64,000 nucleotides of DNA from Hemiscyllium ocellatum (taxonomy: Eukaryota): positions 50,163,931 through 50,227,930 of the forward strand of contig NC_083420.1 of NCBI RefSeq assembly GCF_020745735.1. The letters run 5' to 3'. This document shows, piece by piece, positions 40,718 through 53,093 of this stretch. Each line of letters begins with the position of its first letter. The first letter of the stretch is position 1. A program made the translations under genes and the position numbers. The notes under the pieces were generated by a model. The model was given only the letters and a program-made list of their open reading frames with translations. It was not told where the DNA came from and searched no databases.

Positions 40718-42607
40718 CGCCACTCCTATAAGTCAGATATGGTTGACGGCCCTGACAACTATGGTGGGCGGGGAATCATGGTTATGGAAGAAGCAAGCCA
40801 TTATCTGCAGTGCTGTTTTGGAAGGTGGTATCAACTGAACGATATGGGCAAAGGAACTGGGAGAATGGGATGGAGTCCTTGACAGACGTAGGGTGTGAAG
40901 GGCTGTAGTGAAGGTAGCTACGGGTGTCGGTGGCTTTTAGTGGATGGCAGTGGACAGTTTGTTACCTGAAACGGTCAAGGAAAAGAAGGGAAATGTTGGA
41001 AGTGGACAATATGAAAGTTATAGAGGGGTGGAAATCAAAGGCAAAATGAACAAATTTTACATGGTTACGGAGGGAGCCTGAAGTGACACCAAAGCATTCG
41101 TCGATGTACCGAGAAAAGTGTTGTGGGAGGGGTCCAGTATAGGGCTGGAACAAGGATTGTTCCACAAACGCCATGAAGAGGCAGGCATAACTGGGACACA
41201 TGCGGGTGCCCAGAGCCACTCCTTTGACTTGGCAGAAGTGAGATGAATTAATGGAGAAATTGTTCAGTGAGAACAAGTTCAGCCAGGTAGAGGAGAGTGG
41301 TGGTGGATCAGGTTTCTGGTCGAGAAAGAAGCCAAGAGCTCTCAGACCATCATAGTGGGGAATGGAGGTTCAGAGGGATTGAACATCCATTGTGAACAGG
41401 AAGCAGTTAGGGCCAGGAAACTGGAAATTGTCAATATGGTAGAGTACATCAGAGGACTCGCGGATTTAGGTGAGCTGGATCTGAACAAGTGGAGAGAGGA
41501 TGGAGTCAAGGTAGGAGGAAATTAGTTGGTGGGGCAGGAATAGTCTGATACGATGGGCTTACCTGGACAGTCTGGTTCGTGGATTTTGGGAAGAAGGTAG
41601 AAACAGGCTGTCGGGGTTAGGAAACTACGAGTTGGGGGGCATTGTGGGGAAGATCTCTGAAGGTAACTAGCTTAGTGGCAGTCCAGGGAACAACAGGTTA
41701 ATGTTCAGGCATGGGGACATAGTCCGGGGGCAGTAGGAAGAGTTGGCATTGAACCTCCGCAAGGTGAAGATCAGTGTGCCAGTCTATAACGACCACCTTT
41801 GTCAATGGGTTGGATAACAAAGTTAGGGTTGGACCTAAGAGAGCGAACTGCAACAATTTCAGATGGGGACAAGTTAGAATGGGTGAAAGGAGCAGAGAAA
41901 TTGAGATAGCTGATGTCACGTTTTCAATGAAGAGATTGAGGGTAGGTAAGAGGCCAGAGGAAGGATTCCAATTGGAGGGTGAATACTGGCGGCAGGTGAA
42001 GAGAGTTTATGGAATGGGGTGGGGGGGAGTCCTATCCAAAGAAGTGAGCGCGGAGATGGAGGCAGGGGAAAAACAGTACAAAATCATGGCAAGCCCGAAA
42101 TTCATTAAGGTGAGGCCACAGGGGTCTGAAGCTGAGTCCTCAGCCTCAGAGAGAGAAGGGTCAGGAGATATTGTGGAAACATGGCAAGTGCTGGGGTTGG
42201 GGAAGGTGACCTCAGGGAGGGCAGAAAGTGGTGACATCTGAGGGCTGGAAAGGGTTAGATGCTTGGGATGTCTGCAGTCAGATGTTGGGAGTCCATAACT
42301 TGCTGGAGCTTGCATGTTTGAAAGAAAGAGAAAAAGTCATTGATCGAGTCGATGGATGAGGTGAAGGATGAAGTGAAACTGGGGAACAGTACATCTTTGA
42401 GAGAGGTTGAGTTGATATGCAGAGTGGAGTCATGTGTATGCATATGACATGGCGTTGATTGTGGATCACAGGATGCAGCGGGAGCAACTGTCTGAAGAAT
42501 GTTGAATGTCCTGGAGATATTTGTACTCCTGGGTAGATTCAAAACACAAAGGTTGAAACTTGAATTAAAATGTTGTGGTTCTGTTCGCCGAGCTGGGAGT
42601 TTTTGTT

Positions 42608-42647
42608 GCAAACGTTTCGTCCGCTTTCTAGGTGACATCTTCAGTGC
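42608..42647 (-). ncRNA. Minimal type I hammerhead ribozyme motif
   Basis: Minus strand GCA-CTGAAGA-T-GTC-(12 nt)-GAC-GAAA-CG-TT-TGC. Confidence 0.68.
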
Positions 42648-43902
42648 TTGGGAGCCTTCTGTGAAGCGCTTCTGCGCTGATTCCTCCTGCATTTATACTG
42701 GTTTGAATCTGCCGCTTCCGGTTGTCAGTTGCTGTCCGCTGCAGTGGCCGGTATTTAGGGTGTAGGTCGATGTGTCTGTTGATAGAATTTGTGGATGAGT
42801 GCCATGCCTCTAGGAATTCCCTGGCTGTTCTCTGTTTGGCCTGCCCTATAATAGTGGTGTTGTCCCAATCGAATTCGTGTTGTTTGTCATCTGAGTGTAT
42901 GGCTACTAGGGATAGCTGGTCGTGTCGTTTCGTGGCTAGTTGGTGTTGATGGATGCAGGTTGTTAGCTGTCTTCCTGTTTGTCCTATGTAGTGTTTTGTG
43001 CAGTCCTTGCATGGGGTTTTGTACACTACGTTGGTTTTGCTCATGCTGGGTATCGGGTCCTTTGTCCTGGTGAGTTGTTGTCTGAGGGTGGCTGTTTGTT
43101 TGTGTGCTGTTATGAGTCCTAGTGGTCGCAGCAGTCTGGCTGTCAGTTCAGAAATGCTCCTGATGTATGGGAGTGTGACCAGTCCTTTGGGTTGTGGCAT
43201 GTCCACATTTCGTTGAATTTCCTTAAGACATCTGTTGATGAAATTGCGCAGGTATCCGTTCTTGGTGAATACCTTGTATAGGTGCTCTTCTTCCTCTTTT
43301 TGCAGTTCTGGTGTACTGCAGTGTGTTGTAGCCCTTTTGAATAATGTCCTGATACAACTTCGTTTGTGTGTGTTGGGGTGTTTGCTTTCATAGTTCAGGA
43401 CTTGGTCTGTGTGTGTGGCTTTCCTGTATACCTTCATTGTGAATTCTCCATTCGGTGCTCTTTGTACCATCACGTCTAGGAATGGGAGCTGGTTGTCCTT
43501 TTCTTCCTCTCTCGTGAATCGGATTCCTGTGAGTGTGGCGTTGATGATCCGGTGTGTGTTCTCTATTTCTGTGTTTTTAATGATTACAAAGGTGTCGTCC
43601 ATGTATCTGACCCAGAGTTTGGGTTGTAATTGCGTTAGAACTGTTTTTTCTAACCTTTGCATTACTGCTTCTGCTATGAGTCCGGATATCGATGAGCCCA
43701 TGGGTGTTCCGTTGCTTTGTTCATATATCTGGTTGTTGAATGTGAAGTGTGTTGTGAGGCATAGGTCCATTAGTTTAAGTATGCTGTCTTTGTTAATAGG
43801 TTCAGCATCCTGTTGTCTGTTGTGTATGCCCAGCAGGTTGGATATTGTTTCTCTGGCTAGGGTTTTGTCAATAGAAGTGAACAGTGCCGTTACATCGAAT
43901 GA
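42628..43902 (-). CDS. 5'-truncated but open PLE reverse transcriptase plus GIY-YIG endonuclease frame
   Basis: SFDVTALFT, QSNGTPMGSSIS, WVRYMDDTF, LPFLDV, NVVYKTPCKDCTKHYIGQTGR, REFLEAW; no stop for over 420 codons. The N-terminus is replaced by the inverted arm. Confidence 0.85.
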   Translation of the reverse strand, partial: SFDVTALFTSIDKTLARETISNLLGIHNRQQDAEPINKDSILKLMDLCLTTHFTFNNQIYEQSNGTPMGSSISGLIAEAVMQRLEKTVLTQLQPKLWVRYMDDTFVIIKNTEIENTHRIINATLTGIRFTREEEKDNQLPFLDVMVQRAPNGEFTMKVYRKATHTDQVLNYESKHPNTHKRSCIRTLFKRATTHCSTPELQKEEEEHLYKVFTKNGYLRNFINRCLKEIQRNVDMPQPKGLVTLPYIRSISELTARLLRPLGLITAHKQTATLRQQLTRTKDPIPSMSKTNVVYKTPCKDCTKHYIGQTGRQLTTCIHQHQLATKRHDQLSLVAIHSDDKQHEFDWDNTTIIGQAKQRTAREFLEAWHSSTNSINRHIDLHPKYRPLQRTATDNRKRQIQTSINAGGISAEALHRRLPSTEDVT

Positions 43903-44397
43903 CAGCCAGACTGCTGCGACCACTAGGACTCATAACAGCACACAAACCAACAGCCACCCTCAGACAACAACTCACCAGGACAAAGGATCTGATACCCAGC
44001 ATGAGCAAAACCAACGTAGTGTACAAAATCCCATGCAAGGACTGCACATAACACTACATAGGACAAACAGGAAGACAGCTAACAATCCGCATCCATCAAC
44101 ACCAACTAGCCACGAAATGACACGACCAGCTATCCCTAGTAGCCATACACTCAGATGACAAACAACACGAATTCGATTGGGACAACACCACTATTATAGG
44201 GCAGGCCAAACAGAGAACAGCCAGGGAATTCCTAGAGGCATGGCACTCATCCACAAATTCTATCAACAGACACATCGACCTACACCCTAAATACCGGCCA
44301 CTGCAGCGGACAGCAACTGACAACTGGAAGCGGCAGATTCAAACCAGTATAAATGCAGGAGGAATCAGCGCAGAAGCGCTTCACAGGAGGCTCCCAA

Positions 44398-44437
44398 GCA
44401 CTGAAGATGTCACCTAGAAAGCGGACGAAACGTTTGC
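44398..44437 (+). ncRNA. Minimal type I hammerhead ribozyme motif (inverted copy)
   Basis: GCA-CTGAAGA-T-GTC-ACCTAGAAAGCG-GAC-GAAA-CG-TT-TGC, identical to the 42608-42647 copy. Confidence 0.68.
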
Positions 44438-47400
44438 AACAAAAACTCCCAGCTCGGCGAACAGAACCACAACAACGAGCACCCGAGCTACAAATCTTCT
44501 CACAAACTTTGAATTAAAATCCATGTGGGCTAAGTCTGAGTTGTTGCTAGTTGCTGAGAAAGGAAACATAGATGTGGAAGCAGGTTTTGGCAAACACCTT
44601 GTCCAGCACCAGTAGTGAAATTGAAAGCAATGAAGATGTACACAGTGAAAAAGATAACCTGAATTCCTGTTGGAGGGAAGAGCAAAACTTCTCCAGGGTA
44701 GGCAAAGAGACATGGCATTCGATTAAACGCAATGGAGGAGTAAATTACTGCAGATGCTGGAATCTGTATTATAAATAACAAATGCTGGCGATCACAGCGG
44801 GTCAGACAGCATCCATGGAGAGGCCTTTGATTCTTTATGGACTTATTTTCTCCTTCATAATTACGTATCTTCGATGACATTGTTCAGAAGTTTTGTAACA
44901 AAGGAAATCTTTATGCTCTGTAAGTTTTAATGACACAAGAACAATCGAGCTTAAATGGCATTTTGTGATTTAATGTGGTACATAGATGATAGATATCAGA
45001 ATAGGGATTAGCGTTTAGTTGCACCTGAGTATGGTCCTGGATTTTGAATAGTTTCATGCTTAGATCTGGAGTGTAAGTGTTGGTGAGAGTGGTGGTAGTA
45101 ATGAAGTGAGGTTATTGGAGATTGGCAGCAACAGTTTTTTTTATCTGCCAACACTTCATAAAAGCATTTTGAATAATGTTTTTGGAAAAGGACAATACAG
45201 TAGCAATCATAGCCAGGTCTTTGCATGGTAGAAGGAGCCTGATGACTCTGATCTTCTACAATTTAAATGAGGAAATGGGAAGTCACAATGGAAAAAGATG
45301 TCATAGAAGTGACAACAAAATGTGCAGTAATGCAGACAGGAAGTGAATGAAAATGTATTTTTATAATTCTGATTGAAATGTGTAATAAATATATTTTAAC
45401 AATTGTATATAGTGTATAAACTCTCACTTCTGTCACAATGAAAATATAGTCATTTTAAATTAGACTTCAGTAAGAGTCAGACATAAAGGTACACATTAGA
45501 ATTCAACACAAGTATCAAATTTGATATTTAAAGATTTGTTCGAAAGTTATAAAGTATTGCTGCCAGATCTGTGTTTTCTCACTTGCCACAAATGTCAAAC
45601 TACAGATCTAATAGTGAGTCATGCCAAACATCCACTGAACATAGATCACCCACTTTCTCCATGGTTCTAACAAATCCCAAGTCCCCTTGTCCAAAATATG
45701 CCACATCCCATGCAAGAAAATCTGGCTGTCCCAGCACCACATTCTAAAGTCCATGACCCCAGAGCCAGTACCATCAATGCTTAGGATATCCTGTGGTTCA
45801 ATGTTATTCTCAATGCTGTCAAAGTGCAGGACTGCTCCCAAGCGCAGATTAATCCCATTTATTTTATCTGATATTGTATAAGTATCAGAGCCATGAAATC
45901 TTGAAGTGGTTCTCCTCCTCTCGCAACTAAGATACTATGGAAAACTGGAGATCTCCATGGAATTTAAGGATTCAAAAGTTTATCTCAAATAATTTATCTT
46001 GCATCTTAAGTTAGCTATTCTCAAGTTAATAATAAATAGCAAAAGCATATCATTTATATGGAATGGCTGTAATATTATTAAGGGACAAGATGAATACATT
46101 GACTTGCTGATGTAATATTGCTATTAATTGTTTATACTGTAATAATATTAGCCTTTATTAAATGGTGAAACATGGTCAAACTTTGAGCTGAGATGACCCT
46201 ACAGACTGGAACCGTTTCTTTCCAAAGTGAACACCTACTGAAAGAGGGGGACTCAATTAAATGTGTGCCATTGCATATTAGTTTCTAAGATTCAGGGATG
46301 CAAAGAAAGAAAATATTTGGCTAAATATCAATTTAATTTTGTTTTCTGCCGAAAGAAGGAATAGCCTGACATAGAATTAAAGATAATGTTTAACTTGGTT
46401 GAATAATAATTATGTGTAACAAAAGCCAAACTATTGATAACAAACTATTATTGATCATTGGTTGGTCCAGTGGAGAAAGAACTCTTTATTGAGGAAACTA
46501 ATTTATTATCTGCAGCTATTGTAAAGGTGTTGGCTTACCTAGTTTCTGTTTATACAGTTACACCTCCTTGAGTTCAAGTAATGTAGAAATTATGTGAATT
46601 GTAATGTAGTGGGAGTAGAGAAATGTGAAATGCTTATAGTGAACATTTGAATTGTAAATGTTTGATCATCCTGACTGTACTCTCGTGTAGTCTGTGTGTA
46701 TATATGGCACCTATGTCCAGGAGGAACGCTGTCTCGTTTTAATTGTACCAGCTGTATATGGTAGAAATGACAAAATAAAGCTACTCTACTCTATGATTCT
46801 GTTCTAAATACAGACCTCAGACCTGAAACATCTTTGAGTCTCCAGTTGTTGGTTGTAAGTGCTGTCTTGTGAGTGCATGTTTAATTATGATTGCATACAC
46901 ATTATGGAGAACATATGACCACATTATTTCAAGAATACTTTTGATGTTTGAGGAATAGATAGCACATCTAGTATTGCAAATAATCAGTTTCTAACAATTC
47001 CATTTCAAAAAGCATTTTGAAAACTCCATTGTTGAGTTGATTCCATGGATAGCTGTTTTTCCCCTAATTTACAGCTGATAGCTGACATGCCTGTAGGTGG
47101 TGCTGTTATCAGGCTTTTTCATGTTTTGATATTTCGATATCATTAATGATATTGCTACATCTTAGGACAATCATGGACAGTAGAAACTGAAGATGAAATA
47201 GATGATAAGGACCGTGATCTTCCAACAAGGCAGGGGAGGAAAAGAAAAGGAAGGTGGAGATTCTTCTGTCCGATTATGCATCATCTAACAGAAAATCATA
47301 ACTTGTGGAAGAAAGTCATTGAAGAGGAGGAACATGAACAGCAATGCAACTCAGAGTTAAATAGATACCTTGACTTTATCTCAAACTTCAGATGAAATCC

Positions 47401-48448
47401 AGGTAATCGAAGAAGCAGTTGAAGAGTAAGAGTGACCACAAGGGGAGGAGAGACAGTGCTGAGAAGATGCAGTACTAATTAAACAACATGTTGAAGCCTC
47501 ACTCTGCTGACACCAGAGGCTGATATAATTCCCTGTTAAAAGGCCTTAAAACTGTGAGAGGATTCTAGCACTCAGCAGAATCCCACTCCTTTATGCACTT
47601 TCACCCATGGAAAGATTTGTGTGTACCATGGAACAAATCCCTTGTGCCCAGTGGTGTCCAAATGTTTTCATGCTGATGTTGCCTTTCAGAATGAAGAGTT
47701 TCTATGTGGTACTGGAGGATAGTGCAAAACTTCAGCTTAGCAACTGCTGTTACCAAAGTGAACTACAAGTCTACTGTATTCTGTTAGTAAGGTGGACTTT
47801 AGGCATGTATCAGATGTCCAGCATCTATATCAGGTGGACTTGAAAAATTGTGGATTGTGTCTGTAGCAATTCAGAATTGGGTCTGAGCACTGCAGTAAAG
47901 AACCTGGTTATAAGAGCCCTGATTTTTTCTCTCTGAAAGTATCAGTTCCCTGTGTCATTATTTGACTGCAGAAAGCAATGTTAGTGATTAAAAATTCTAG
48001 CTGCATAACTTTTTTTTAATGCTTTTTAATGTACAACTTGCCTTGTTGGGTGTTGCCTTTCTTGTGCTGGAAATAACCAGAATTACACAGTGGCCAAGCA
48101 TTTCAGTTTGCCCAAACATAAATGTTCTTTAATAGAACAGAGGAATAATGTTAATGATGATGGGATTTTTAATGTTTTTTTTTCTCACTGCAGCTCAGGA
48201 TCCATCCTAAAATACATGAAGCAATGCCATTGAAGTTATACAGGTTGAAAGAAAAAAAGAAACAATTGTCATAATAACATGATATTTTGAGTCTACTTTT
48301 GTTTTCAACTGGTTTTGAAATTCAACTGGTTTTTCATGTCATATACCCATTGCTAATAATGTGCATTGGTTATTGCACCTGTTGAGGCTGTGTATTGCAA
48401 CCAGTATACCTTAAAAATAATAAAGTTCTTGCCAATATGTTAAACAAA

Positions 48449-48739
48449 ACAGTGGTTAGCACTGCTGCCTCACAGCACCAGGGACCTGGGTTCAATGGTA
48501 GCTTCGGGTGACTGTCTGTGTGGAGTTTGCACATTCTCCCCGTGTTTGTGTGGGTTAGGTGAATTAGCCATGCTAAATTGCCCATGGTGTTCAAGGATGT
48601 GGACGTTAGGTGCATTAGTCTGGGATAAATGTAGACTTATAGGGTAGAGGAATGAGTCTGGGTGGGATACTCTTTGGAGGGTTTGTGTGGACTTGTTGGA
48701 CCAAAGTGCCTGTTTCCACACTATAGGAGTTCTATGATT
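48449..48739 (+). mobile_element. tRNA-SINE (HE1-like)
   Basis: CAGTGGTTAGCACTGCTGCCTCACAG...GGTTCAAT; same tail as the other copies. Confidence 0.82.
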
Positions 48740-49099
48740 CAGGAATCAGGAAAACCTTCAAGTACAATTGGTCACCTTTTGCTTCAATACAAACATCAGA
48801 ATCCCTTTAAACAGAAGCACAAATCCTGTTTGTTTCTTGTGGAATACAGAGATGTATAGAAGGATACCTATCTTCACTATGCTTGAACTTAGATAACTCA
48901 GAAATGTTCAAAGGTGAGACCTACCTATTCCCCAATAGCTCAGCCAGCATTGCACTACACTGAGACATAAAAATCAGGAAACTGGGACCAATTGGAATGG
49001 TGGAGTAAAACACCCGAAATCCATATGAAAAGAAATAAAAGGCTTGCATTTACTCAGTATGACTAATAACCTTCACATTTCTAAAATGTGCTTTACTGC

Positions 49100-49440
49100 T
49101 AATGATGTGCATTCACTATTGCAATATAGTTTTGAATGTTTTGATTTGAATGCAGCAAGGTCCCAAAACAGTAATGTCATAATGACTATAAAATCTATTT
49201 TAGTTACGTCAGCCAAAAGAGAAATATTGGCCATGACTCTGGGGAGTTACTAATCTCCACCTCTTCCATGTAGTGCCATGGGATACATGTCTTTACACCC
49301 ATATGAAAGGCCAAAGTCTCATCCAAAAAACATCACCTCTGACAGTACAGCACCCCCTCAGCACTGCATTCATGTCTCACCAACCCTTTTGAATCAGGCT
49401 AGTGTTCTGATACTACATATGTTTCACACCGAGCCAACAC
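49100..49440 (-). mobile_element. Old DeuSINE-like (SacSINE1/AmnSINE1-type) relic
   Basis: AGTGCCATGGGAT...TCTCATCC AAA...CACCTCTGACAGTACAGCAC.CCCTCAGCACTGCA resembles the Deu-domain; a related piece lies at about 62320-62470 (+). Confidence 0.5.
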
Positions 49441-50049
49441 TAGGGTAAGCCTCTGTTACGTATTTTTAAAAAAATAATATAAACGTCATGAGAATCAAGA
49501 AGAAACAGTTCCAGCACCCCAACCCATTCGCTGTAAACATAGCAAGCCATGGTATGGAATACGTTGGATGGAAGCAACAGAAACTTTCGATGTAGATTTA
49601 GATACATACTTCGGAAAGGAAAAATGAACAAGTAAATGGTAAAGGTAGTGGTAGTCAGACTAATGGGAGAACTCATTCAAAGAGCAAGCATAGGCACGAT
49701 GGACTGAATGATCTTCTGTGCTGTAAGACTTGGGGAATTGGAGTGAGTCTGTTCGAATAACTTTTATAAAGCTACAGGATAGGCATCATGGCACACAATG
49801 TCTGAGTCTTCCTCAGCACAGGACTGTGCCCCTGGTCCTGCAAACACTATCATTTAATTATGACAAGTTTCCTTCTATGATTTGTGTGATTATTATGAGT
49901 TGGACGCTTCCAAAAAAAAACGAGGGTAGGGCAGTTTTTAAAAACTCTTCATGCTTCATGCCATCGGTTTCGGAAAGAAAATCGGATTCGAGTAAAGGAG
50001 GGGCGGGCTGAATAGCCTCCCCCTGAAAATCACGGTTGACCCTGAGCTC

Positions 50050-50330
50050 GGGGCGGAAGTCGGTGTGTGAGCGGGGCGGAACTTGGTGGAAGGAGCAGGA
50101 GGGGCGGAAGTCGGTGTGTGAGCGGGGCGGAACTTGGTGGAGGGAGCAGGAGGGGCGGAAGTCGGTGTGTGAGCGGGGCGGAACTTGGTGGGGGAGCAGG
50201 AGGGGCGGAAGTCGGGTGCGGGAGAGGCAGAAGTGGACGGCACGTGCGGGGCGGAAATCGGTGTATGAGCGGAGCGCCCACTTTGGGGAGCAGGAGGGGC
50301 GGAAGTGGATGGCACGTGCGGGGCGGATGT
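50050..50330 (+). promoter_or_regulatory. FBXL18: FBXL18 CpG-island promoter built on a 51-bp minisatellite (GC boxes, ETS sites, E-boxes)
   Basis: Units start at 50050, 50101, 50152 and 50202, then diverge; about 10 GGGGCGG; CGGAAGT overlaps five of them; CACGTG at 50241 and 50313. Confidence 0.75.
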
Positions 50331-50549
50331 AACGTGGCGTGTGTTGGAATGAAGTTCCGGAGCAGCGCCGTCAGCTTGTTGGTGCGGGCAGAGTGAGCGG
50401 TAGCGGTTTTCTCCTGCTGGGTTAACCGCTTCGGCTTTAAACTTAAAGCCATTTCCATTTGTGTTTGATTGTTTGTTTAATAGCGTTGGTTGTTGGATGC
50501 GCTGCCTTGCCCCCGAGTGAGCGGTTAACCGAAGCCGGTGCCTGAGGAG

Positions 50550-51077
50550 ATGGAGAGCGGGGAGGAGCAGGCCCAGCCCCAGCCCCAGCCCCTGACCCTG
50601 CCCCAACCCCAGCCCCAACCCCAGACCCAGACCCAGACCCAACCCCAACCCCAACCCCAGCCCCTGCCCCTGCCCCAACCCCAGCCCCAACCCCAGACCC
50701 AGACCCAGACCCAACCCCAACCCCAACCCCAGCCCCTGCCCCTGCCCCAACCCCAGCCCCTGACTTTGACCCAACCCCTGACCCTGACCCAGCCCCAACC
50801 CCAGCCCCTGACTTTGACCCAACCCCTGACCCTGACCCAGCCCCAACCCCAGCCCCTGACTTTGACCCAACCCCTGACCCAGCCCCAGCCCCAGCCCCTG
50901 CCCCTGCCCCTGACCCTGAACCTGACTGACTTCTCTGATGAGATCCTGCTGACCATCCTGAGGTTTGTGCCCAGCTGCGACCTCCTGCTCAATGTCCGGA
51001 AAGTGAACAGAAAGTTGGCGACTCTGTGTATGGACAAGAGCCTGATTAGCTCTGTCACTCTGCATAAGGAGTATCAG
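50550..51077 (+). CDS. FBXL18: FBXL18 first coding exon (repeat tract plus F-box)
   Basis: ATG in GAGATGG context; MESGEEQA, repeat, then [41 protein letters not shown]...KEYQ; phase-0 donor CAG|GTAAAC. Confidence 0.88.
50574..50918 (+). repeat. Coding hexamer repeat with 72-bp and 48-bp higher-order units
   Basis: (C/A)CC C(A/T)(G/A) hexamers encoding QP/QT/LP/LT dipeptides, 115 codons. Confidence 0.95.
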
Positions 51078-53093
51078 GTAAACCAGCAACTGACTGCCGC
51101 TCTGTGCATCGTATTAACGGGTTTGTGACAATGGGAGACAGCTGCAGTCTGATCTCTCTGGAATACAGTCCGAAAGTGCTGAAGTATTCAGGTGGGAAAA
51201 TCTATTTCGTTTCAACATCGACCTGGAATGCAACAAAAGAAATTTCAATCTGATCTGGCCAGCTCCTCTGACTCCAGGAGCAAAAGAAAATAAATTGGGA
51301 GCTGGGAGATAATGCATTAGCTTTCCCCAATTCTCAGCTAAATTCAGATTTAGGCAAAATCCAGTATATTGCAGCCAAATATACCTACTGTTCTATATCT
51401 ACTGAAAAAGTCACAATTGTCCTACTAGACCATAGGGCTACTCTGTGTGTGTGTGTGTGTGAGAGAGAGAAGTTGGTGGTTTAATCAGAGGATGACCACA
51501 CTTCAGGCAAAGTTGAGAAGGAGAATCATTCATCCTAACTTCAGTCAGTGCAGGAATTGAACCCCCACGTTGTGAGGGTTACTCAACTTTGCTAACCAGC
51601 TTCCCAGTCTTGCGCCATATTTACTGTTCCTCTTTGGAGAGATTTAATTTTTAAAAGTGCCCAGTCTATTTGGTGCAGACCTGATTTTTAAACTTCGAAA
51701 TCAGTAAAAATGATGTATTGCTGAACAATCCCATTTAGCTACCAACTTTGTTTCTCTATGAATAGTATTGTAGAATGTGCAGAATGTGATTCTTATGAAA
51801 TGTGCCACAATAAAATAGAAAGACTTTTGTTACTCTGACAACTCATTTAGCAAGTACATTGATTGCGAAGTCAGCTAGTTTACCCCAGTATGTGCAATTT
51901 CTGATCTTGTGCAAAACAAGAGCGATGGTTGATCAGCCTTAATGGAAGGTAGGCTAGCTCTTCAGGAAAGGTTGATAGGGTTGAATTACCTTAATTCTCT
52001 GCTTTCCTGCTCTCCACTGCCAGCTTACTGTAAAGGACAAATGTGGACATCAACTTTATTGTTATTTCCACTTTGTTCAAGCAACATTCTGGCACTAAGA
52101 TGCCTGTAGAGCATTTTAGTTTGTGTTTTTCCCCTACTTCTTTGTGTATCATAATGATTTCAAACAATCTCCCTTCGAAATTTGTTCATTCATTCTAATG
52201 AAATACTTTCATTACTCTCAACCGAGCTCAGTTGATAAAGTCCGAGAATGATGCTTGTGTTTTTTTTTTCTCTTTCTCTGTTTATATCAATATAAGTTGA
52301 TGACTCGGTGGTGTACCACTTGATTGTCTGTACTCTCACATCGTTGTTTAATGCACAAGCCTAAACACATTTTAGATTGCCCTACCTGTGGCTGTGATCT
52401 CCTGCAAATAGTTGCATTTTTCAATGTTAATTCACCAATAATCAAATCTTTGAAGGTTCACTCTTAATCCACTATGTTGCTGGTCCAGACTGGACCTCAC
52501 ATGTACAGACAGTGACCATGTTTGAACCAAGTAAGTAGTGAAGCGAGTACTTTTAAAAAAATGTTAAGATCCGTGAGGTTGACCAACTGCATCTTTTCAT
52601 TGAGTTGTCATGCTGAGTTGAGATGGTGTGTAGTTCTTTATTTTCATAAAACCATCTTTTGTGAGTTGAAGGTCTGTCATATGTGGACAAAGCTTTGGCA
52701 ACTCTGTTAATTCTTTGACCCGTTTTGCTTCTGTCAAGAAATTATGTGCAGTTATTTCCTGATTGATGGTTCTGCAAAATATTTCTCTTCTTTTCTCCCT
52801 TCCTGGTGATCATAGACAAGGTGCCCTCGGATACGCAGAGCAAATGTTCTTGTTCAATGTGAAACTTCAGGGTGAACCTGTTCTCCTCAGCGGAGGGGAC
52901 ACTGAGTTTGTCCTTACTAAAGTTTAGAGATTCACAGTTCTTCAGCCCAAAGCATACATCCCACAAAGCTAAAAGAACTGAAAAAAAAACACTGCTGCTA
53001 ACCCAGAATAATCTCTGGGTTGAATCTGAGATCTTCCAGTTCTGTATGTTTCGATTATTACAGGACAAACGACTAAACTATGAAGCAGAGGTT

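Larger units (their letters stand above)
42572..44508 (-). mobile_element. Young Penelope/Poseidon-type PLE with 574-bp inverted ends
   Basis: Arms 42572-43145 and 43900-44473; 35-bp tail 44474-44508; 12-bp direct repeat TTGAATTAAAAT at 42560-42571 and 44509-44520. Confidence 0.93.
40732..44822 (-). mobile_element. Old Neptune-type PLE (5' pLTR, N-terminus, RT) split by a younger PLE
   Basis: RT motifs NNFSINSSHFCQVKGVALGTRMCPSYACLF...RYIDE in 40962-41276; pLTR-like 44746-44820 leading into the ATG at 44713; host parts are 40732-42571 and 44521-44822. Confidence 0.75.

Noticed and set aside
43409-44158. 249-aa plus-strand ORF
   Set aside because: Antisense of the PLE RT running into an off-frame reading of the inverted arm.
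50050-50330. Regularly spaced repeats resembling a CRISPR array
   Set aside because: The spacers are identical to each other and the context is vertebrate; it is a minisatellite.
49956-51089. 377-aa minus-strand ORF rich in GL/GQ, and the 177-aa GW-rich ORF 50525-51058
   Set aside because: Antisense shadows of the FBXL18 hexamer repeat and promoter minisatellite; stop-free only because of low complexity.
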